Source: Ginglymostoma cirratum (Eukaryota). Taken from it: a stretch of 64,000 bases of DNA. The notes beneath the pieces were generated by a model. That model searched no databases and was not told the origin of the DNA. It was given only the letters and a program-made list of their open reading frames with translations. The translations under genes were made by a program, and so were the position numbers. The DNA lies in NCBI GenBank assembly GCA_024137785.1, contig JAHRHZ010000065.1, positions 27,121,700 through 27,185,699 of the forward strand. The letters run 5' to 3'. Shown here piece by piece: positions 56,243 to 64,000 of the stretch. The first letter of the stretch is position 1. Every line of letters begins with the position of its first letter.

Positions 56243-56535
56243 CCTTCTTCCAGCCTCATTGTTATGCAGATTCATGAATGTCCTGGCACTATCATACGTT
56301 CCTTTCTGATAGATCTTCTCCCTCTCCCTGGCATCCACAAATTCCTTTGCAAACCGGTAGCCATATTCTACGTTATCTCCACAGCCACCCCATAGCCAGT
56401 CACGTGGTAAATCCTTGGGCCGTGCAGCACGACTGCAGCCACATGTAGCCAGCTCCCCCTCACGACAAGCACGGCTGATTGCATGCACCACTCCAGCAGC
56501 TGAGATCCCGTAGGTGAATGCAGTCTCCCGGCTTC
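56243..56535 (-). CDS. wnt5a: Wnt-5a exon 4
   Basis: cccattag|GAAGCCGGGAG...GGAAGAAGG|gtaaac; 293 nt; (G)[28 protein letters not shown]...[10 protein letters not shown]...[11 protein letters not shown]. Confidence 0.97.
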
Positions 56536-56581
56536 CTAATGGGAATTATAAAAGGCTTCAATACAACAGGGTCAATCAATC

Positions 56582-57592
56582 AGAGATAAAAGGTACTGCA
56601 GATGCTGGAGAATCCGAGATAACAAGCATGGGGCTGCATGAACACAGCAGGCCAAGCAGCATCACAGGAGCAGGAAAACTTGACGTTTCGGGCCTAAACG
56701 CTTCATCAGAAAAATGGTCAAGCCTATGAAAAATTGGTTTAACAGCGCTTTTGGTCATGGGCAGGGATTGCATTCTTCATATGTTCAACCATTGAACACA
56801 TATCCAGTCTTGGCCAATATTCAGTGACACCATAGTTCTAGTTTATTGAAGTATTGGAAACTGGAATAACTGCAATTCCTGTTTGCATTTTACTATAAAT
56901 TACAAGTCAGTCTACAAATGGTGACCTGATGTAAAATCTGAACGAATATTGCCCATCGCTCATTTCTTTTGCAAGAGTTGATATAATGACTCAGAATCAT
57001 TTTATGTCTGCTTCTGTATTCTTTACAATATTACATTTTTTATTGCTTTTCTTTTTTACTTTAACTTTGGCTAACAGTTAAATTGGCAAACAGCCTTGGT
57101 GTGAAAAGCAAAGAAACTAGCTTGCTTTCTAGTTGTATGGTCTTTTTGTATTCCTTCTGCATTTGATCCTATGTGGCCTCTTGCAGTATTTCTTTAACTA
57201 ACATATAAGCTCCTTGTCTACTTTAAAGCAATATTTTATTCAATGTTCCTTCCTCTTAACATGACAATGAAAACTTAATCCAGACCTTTATTGTCAAAAA
57301 TGGCAAGTAATCTGTACAAAGTTTTGTTTTAGTAATAGATGGAACTATACTCCTGTATCAATCTTAAGCAGAGCTATTTGTAGATATACTTCTCTTACTG
57401 GACTTTGGTACAGTGTTGAATAGAAGGCAGGATTTTCAATAGGTTTTGCTGTTTTCTCCAAGGCAATTAAATTGAAATTGAATGGAAGATCAAAGAATTC
57501 TGATGAAGGGTTTAGGCCCGAAACGTCAAATTTTCCTGCTCCTGTGATGCTGCTTGACCTGCTGTGTTCATCCAGCCCCATGCTTGTTATCT
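56582..57592. mobile_element. Composite Penelope-like insertion: inverted pLTR arms enclosing a 783-bp inverted copy of neighbouring intron DNA
   Basis: TSD agggtcaatcaatc (56568-56581) / agggtaaatcaatc (57593-57606); arms ~56582-56716 (-) and ~57500-57592 (+); cargo 56717-57499. Confidence 0.88.
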
Positions 57593-59345
57593 AGGGTAAA
57601 TCAATCGACGTGTTTAAAAGAAAACACACACATTCAAAATCAATCTAATAATTAATTTTGACGTATTATCTCAGCTTATTGTGGAAGACCCAGAAGACTC
57701 TCAATTGTTGGAAAAATTACATGGGTTTATTACATGTTATCCAAAGAAAGGTGAAAACTCTTTCCATGTCAAAACTGTGCTGCACAGATGACTGTCTCAA
57801 ATAATTATCGTATGTCCCTGTAGTATATTAAAGAATATGTAGATTATTTCTACAGTATTAGCACATAACATTCTAACCTAGGTCTTCTTGGTGAATTAAA
57901 GAAAGACAAACGGAAAATAAAATCTAACGGAACTTCCTCCAATTTTGCTCCAAAATTTATTTGAAAAGTCCAACCATTGCATCTGTAGTATAGAGCTACA
58001 TCATTAATAGTCAACAATGCCGAGAGTTTCTCTTTTGAACACAATTGGAGCTCCAGACACAAATTGTGTTCAAAATTGCACCATTGTTCAGCAGCAGTGC
58101 AATAGGAAACTTTTAGAACTTTCTTTTAAATAATATTTGTAGCAATGAATGTACCTTAATGTACTTAAGAATAATAATCTAATGTAATTTTATTAGCATC
58201 TGATCTATCACGAAGTAAAAATTTTTCATCATTCCTTAGACTACCTGTCAGTAGCCTGATTTTAAATAACTGAAAATGACTTTTCAAAAATCTACACAGA
58301 ACCAGTTACAAATTATATTAAAGTACAGTAGTCAGTTTCTTAGAAAGTTAGCAAAAACAAACTTGTAAAAGGTGCCTTCATTTTAAGTGCCTTTGAAGGC
58401 CTGCAAACAGGAGCAATTAGTAGAAATTCATAATAGTGATTAATTTGATCTGGGGTGTGACAAATTTTGAAGATTTAGGGCCATCTTCCAGTACCATGTT
58501 CATAAAGCAAGTGCAAACAATTGCAGAAACTTGATTTGTATGGGGACATAATTTGTGCTTAAAATTCTTTGATCTTCCATTCAATTTCAATTTAATTGCC
58601 TTGGAGAAAACAGCAAAACCTATTGAAAATCCTGCCTTCTATTCAACACTGTACCAAAGTCCAGTAAGAGAAGTATATCTACAAATAGCTCTGCTTAAGA
58701 TTGATACAGGAGTGTAGTTCCATCTATTACTAAAACAAAACTTTGTACAGATTGCTTGCCATTTTTGACAATAAAGGTCTGGATTAAGTTTTCATTGTCA
58801 TGTTAAGAGGAAGGAACATTGAATAAAATATTGCTTTAAAGTAGACAAGGAGCTTATACGTTAGTTAAAGAAATACTGCAAGAGGCCACATAGGATCAAA
58901 TGCAGAAGAAATACAAAAAGACCATACAACTAGAAAGCAAGCTAGTTTCTTTGCTTTTCACACCAAGGCTGTTTGCCAATTTAACTGTTAGCCAAAGTTA
59001 AAGTAAAAAAGAAAAGCAATAAAAAATGTAATATTGTAAAGAATACAGAAGCTGACATAAAATGATTCTGAGTCATTATATCAACTCTTGCAAAAGAAAT
59101 GAGCGATGGGCAATATTCGTTCAGATTTTACATCAGGTCACCATTTGTAGACTGACTTGTAATTTATAGTAAAATGCAAACAGGAATTGCAGTTATTCCA
59201 GTTTCCAATACTTCAATAAACTAGAACTATGGTGTCACTGAATATTGGCCAAGACTGGATATGTGTTCAATGGTTGAACATATGAAGAATGCAATCCCTG
59301 CCCATGACCAAAAGCGCTGTTAAACCAATTTTTCATAGGCTTGAC
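56717..59345. repeat. Long inverted repeat: 56717-57499 vs 58563-59345 (783 bp each, ~1.06 kb spacer)
   Basis: Direct reverse-complement match end to end, equal length; five substitutions found by eye. Confidence 0.97.
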
Positions 59346-59444
59346 TATGCTGAAGTTAATTAAGATGAAGAAAGTTGAACATTTAACTTAGTTCCATGAC
59401 AGTTCTTTGAGACTGGAAGTCAAGATTGCCATACCTTACAAAAG

Positions 59445-59660
59445 AAACACATACATTTCTATTGTGCCTTTCATAACCTCAAGACATCCCAAAGCAATTT
59501 ACAGTCAATGAATTTGTCTTTTTGAAGTGTTGTCACTGTATTAATGTAGAAAATGCAGCAGGCAATCAACTCACAGTAAAGTCTAACAAACAAATCTGAT
59601 AATGACCAGATAATCCTTATTTTTTATAGTGTTTGGTGAGGGATAAATTTTGAACGGAAT
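59445..59660 (-). mobile_element. 3' part of a Deu-type SINE / L2-like tail
   Basis: Reverse-complement similarity to 16110-16260 and 47960-48100. Confidence 0.55.
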
Positions 59661-60665
59661 TATAGAAAAAAAAAGTGACCATACTTAAAGAGTCAATACA
59701 TGTTTATGTTTGCTTATAAGATTTAAAAAATGCTAATCCAAACAAAAATAGTTTAAATGTCTGGCAGTTTTAGCATGGCTCTTCTGTTGATGTGGTCTAC
59801 CCAAGGCCAACCCAAAACCAGATGAAGATGTAGCTGTCATTACCACATTCATCATCCACGTCAACTGTGCTTCTCCTAAAAATTAAAACCGTTTCTCTTG
59901 AATTGTGCAAGACATGTAGAATTCACATGCTTGATGAAGTCAATCCCTTAAAATTAAATCATGAACTGCATATCCCTGTTTGTTTTAATTAATGTGTGCC
60001 TTTAACTGGTAACCAATTACAGTTAAATACATTATGTCATGCAGATTTTGCAAACGTTAATACTTTTACCATCAAGGAGTTGAACTCTGCAGATTTCTCC
60101 TGATGGGGTGTGATACGTAAACTGACAATGTAACATGGAATTTTCCAGCTACAACTTGTGCTTTGTACATGTAGTCTTAGAATGTAACAGTGACATATAT
60201 TTGTTGAGGTTACTGACTGAATGAAATATTTGAAATTGGTTGATGATATCTAATTAATTTGTTTATTCTAAGTATGGTGGTGCATTACTTGTAGTTTATG
60301 TATTTACCTGTTCTGCAGTTTTATTTTAATAGTGTTGCTGTCATTCAGATCTTTCTCATACCTGACTTCATGGCAAAGTGAAGATATATTAGTTAGTGAT
60401 GACTGAAATGTGTCAGATTATTTAAAGGGAAAATATAAAAGACAAACTATCTATTAAGAATGAATAGACTTGTTTAAGGTCATTCAAGCAGGAAAATAAT
60501 AAGGAAGTCTATTCAACAGGAACTGTACAAACAAAGGCAAATTTGTTGCAATTCATATATTTCTGTAGTGCTATTAGGAAATGCAAAAATATTTGTACAA
60601 ATGTAGACATCTGTACACCATCTTCAATTTCTAACACAATATGTATAATTTTGGGGGAAATGTAC

Positions 60666-60913
60666 CTATCTGCATGACCCTGCCGAAGACGGATGTGTTA
60701 TCAACAGTGCTGCAATTCCACCGCCGGTGTCTGAATTGATGTTGGCATTCCTTGATGCCAGTTTTAGCACCCTCTCCAATGTACTGCATGTGATCCCGGT
60801 ACAACTGGCAAAGCTTCTTTTGGCCTTGAGAAAGCCCAGCCAGTTGGCTACACAAAGGCTGGGCTCCTATAATGTACACCTCTGGTATTTGAATAGGATT
60901 CATGGCTAAAGAC
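60666..60913 (-). CDS. wnt5a: Wnt-5a exon 3
   Basis: tcttcag|GTCTTTAGCCATG...ATGCAGATAG|gtaca; 248 nt; [35 protein letters not shown]...[19 protein letters not shown]. The residues [25 protein letters not shown] and VDNTS fit Wnt5a rather than Wnt5b. Confidence 0.97.
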
Positions 60914-62208
60914 CTGAAGAGGAGAAAAAGAAAAAAGTTTAGGAAAAAATATCTTCCCTATTCATAGTTTTCAAGAATTTGTAATTTAAGGAAAGACCAC
61001 TAAGTATTTTATGATTGCAGCTAGAGAACTCAAGGACAGACAGAAACAAAAATTTACAATTTACCAGGCACAGTCTACAAGGCAGAGGCAGAAGATGGTG
61101 AAAACAAAGTACTTCAGGAAGACAAAGTAATTCAGGACATAGATTCTTAACAGTTTACTGCAGCAAGAAACTCTATGTGAAATTTGACTCAATTAAGTTA
61201 TAGATCAACTCAGACATTAGGACAGTTGAAAATTATATGTGTTTTAATAATTCAAATGTAGTGAGAAGCCATTCCTTTAGCAAATATCCTTGCTAACAAC
61301 CAAGAAAGAAAGCAAAGTTGTAATATTTAAAAGGTAGATTTAGTATAATAGTAAACAGCATTAATTAACTCAGGAAAAGAACTCAGCACTTTCTTCACAG
61401 TTCTAGTTGAATTATTTTAAACTAAATTGACTGAAATAATTTCTTGCAGCCAGTCAGATTTGTCCGGGTGTTCCGATTTAACGTTGCTGAGTCCATGTGC
61501 AACTGAAACAACTCTTGCAGGTGATTCCCATGAATCAGTTCTTAACAATCAAACTGCAAGTGAGTTATCAGCTATGTTAAGTTTAAAAAGTACTCATTTT
61601 GACAAGTACAGGTTTGAGGAACTATATCGTGAAAACAGAAATAGCATAATTATCCCAGTACTGGTCTTTCAAAACTCTATGGCAAAGGTTCAGTATTCAC
61701 GTATAAAGTCCTTTGTTCATAAGGAATTTAGTTCCCCCATGATGCAGAATTCCTAAAACTAAAGACACTAATGGCGAAAAAGTTGTCTGTACAAGGGAGG
61801 TTCTTCATTCTGTCAATTACTTCGATGTCCCCTTCACTATATATTAGGAGATTTTAATTATGGTGGGAGGCCGCTACATTGCATAAAGAAACGCTGCGGA
61901 GGCAGCATTTGCTTCACAGCAGACCGTCCGATTTTCACATTGTTTACCTCTTCGATAAATACTTTGAGGAAATGGACTCTGCGTGTCAGAAATATTAAGC
62001 ATATATCACGGTATTAATGTTGTTTGCAGTTAAAAAGAACACATGGAAGGGATAAGTGTACATGAACCGACTTTGTACTGGAATGACGTCTACACCACAG
62101 GGTTTGAACGGGTTTACCCCATAACCATGCAGCTCAGACACAAAGATGCACCGTTAACGTTTATAATGATCACACATTCGAATTAGACTTTTAAAAAGTG
62201 GAACTCAC

Positions 62209-62339
62209 CACCAGGAGCTTGCTTCTACCAGGACCTGTTTGCAGCCCGATAAGAGTGTGGCAGTAACCAACAGGTACCTCCAGGCCATGGCACTTTTCAA
62301 AGCTGAGTAAACCGCTCCTTGCACTGTCTCCCCTCCACT
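62209..62339 (-). CDS. wnt5a: Wnt-5a exon 2 (signal peptide; in-frame ATG at 62288)
   Basis: Not in the ORF track in this frame. The minus strand reads ttgtgcag|AGTGGA...AGTGCC ATG GCC TGG...TCC TGG TG|gtgagt = (SGGETVQGAVYSALKSA)MAWRYLLVTATLLSGCKQVLVEASSW-W, matching the Wnt5 N-terminus (EANSWW). 131 nt, strong Kozak GCCATGG, and the phase-2 end joins the next exon in frame. Confidence 0.9.
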
Positions 62340-64000
62340 CTGCACAACATAAATCAGAACCGATACACATCAAGGAAGCCGGTGAGAATAGATAGATGTT
62401 CACAACAATGATGATTGGTAATGCAATAATGTTAGCACAGTACCTTTAGGAAAAAAGGTGGCTCCTTGCGTTCAAGGACCATCTCTAACCTTCTATTGGC
62501 TGACCATCAATGACACTAACTCATGCACATCTGGGACAATTTACCAGATGTGTCTGAATCACTGTTATTAGCGGACAGTTGCAGCCAGAACGAGTTCAGT
62601 CTCAAAAACCACCATTTTACTATAACGTTGCTATTCTGCCTCAGCTGGGCTATTCAGGGGTGCAATTTTCGGCACAGAAAATAGACTGAAATGTGAACTA
62701 ATCGCTTACATGGGACACCCAGATTAGATTTTTAGCTTAGATTCTTGGTGCACCAAGATTGGACAAGCCAAGATCTGTGACTTTGGACGGTTAATATCAA
62801 TATTCAAAGGTCCATAGAAATGAACATTTGACGCGTCTTAACATCCTCTGTCCTGTTGGCAAAGGCTGAATTCAACTGATCCTGCACAGGGTTGTTTTTG
62901 ATAGTTTTGAAATATAGCCAAAGTAACCAAACGAGAGGGGAGAATTCTCTTAATTATTCTCAACGGAGGTGATAATTTACGTGTAAATATTTGCCAAGAG
63001 GTGATAACTCCTAGTTTGGGTTTGAGTATAAAAGCACAACAAATGATCATCGGAAGAAATGTGTCCATATTCTTAAATGGCAGTTTGTAAAATCATTCTA
63101 ATCCTCGTGAAACAACACATATTAAGTAATAGTGTCCTTCAATGGTCCGTTTTTACATCTTGGTCGCAACAGGTTAGATCGGCCACGACAAGTGGTCTAC
63201 CATTAAAGGGGAGTCTGAGCCTTCAGGCATGTTTATATGACCAGGTCTGAAACATATTCCCGTTTTGAGTATGAAACATGACTACTTTCAGAGAAGAAAA
63301 AAAACCCTTGATTTTAGAGCAAGAAATTAAATAACCGGTTCTTCTGAAGAAAGTTTTCTCTTGTTATTTACTGGAGCTATTGTACCGCCCTTTAAATATA
63401 TAGTTACCAATTCAAGTCATAGTTCCTCGACTTTATAACTCCTGACAATCATAGAATTTTACAGTACAGGAGGACGCCATTCGGCCCTTCGTATCCGTAC
63501 TGATGCATGTAATCTCGAGATAACTTCACAGATGAGTTCTGATAAGTCATTCGGGAATCTAACCAGACTTTTTTTGCAGGGCGAGAGTCGATGAATTACA
63601 CGTGAAATACAATTCTGTCACACTTTAATTCCATTTCCACTCCCAGCTTTAGCTGACTAAGTGGGACGGAAGACTTGAATTCCCCTTTCACTGAAACGGG
63701 ATGTTTCGCCCGGGAAGTAACATTTAGCTAACAGGTGGGAACTACTTAGCAAACTTAAACACACTTTCCCGAACGATTCAAAACAAATAAAATGTAGGTA
63801 AGGTCAGCCAGCATCACCTTCTACCCAAATCAAGATTTAACTATGGAAAAAATAATTCGTTTCCAGTGATGCGACGTCAATTTAAAAGGCAGCAATACCG
63901 AGATTGAAAACTGATATATCAAAAAAACAAGTAATTTTATTCACAATGTGCACACACGTCATATCCTAAAAAAGCCTCGTGATGTACAGGAGAGTGCGGT

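Noticed and set aside
56582-57592. Reading the inverted arms as TIRs of a cut-and-paste DNA transposon or MITE
   Set aside because: The arms have unequal outer ends, TSDs vary (13-15 bp, non-specific sequence), solo arms also carry TSDs, and a hammerhead core is present; all fit a Penelope-like retroelement better.
62191-62403. 70-aa minus-strand ORF in the track
   Set aside because: Wrong-frame reading across wnt5a exon 2.

Overview
AT-rich, repeat-rich vertebrate genomic DNA. The repeat repertoire (HE1-type V-SINEs, Deu-domain SINEs, CR1 LINEs) points to a shark; this is pattern recognition, not a database result. The right third holds most of wnt5a on the minus strand: four coding exons (62209-62339, 60666-60913, 56243-56535, 45093-45551) with canonical GT-AG junctions. 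They splice into an open 359-aa protein from the ATG at 62288, followed by a ~1.8 kb 3' UTR; exon 1 was not identified and may lie beyond the window. The left ~41 kb has no recognisable genes: decayed LINEs, SINEs, Harbinger-like remnants and a 400-N gap. The most notable signal is a family of ~130-bp Penelope-like (pLTR-type) repeats carrying a minimal hammerhead-ribozyme core (CTGATGA-stem-GAAACGTC), inserted as solo or inverted pairs with 13-15 bp target-site duplications (TSDs). One insertion, 46 nt from a wnt5a splice acceptor, encloses a 783-bp, ~99% identical inverted copy of intron DNA located ~1 kb away, which looks like locally templated capture of host DNA during retrotransposition. 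Old-repeat boundaries are approximate.
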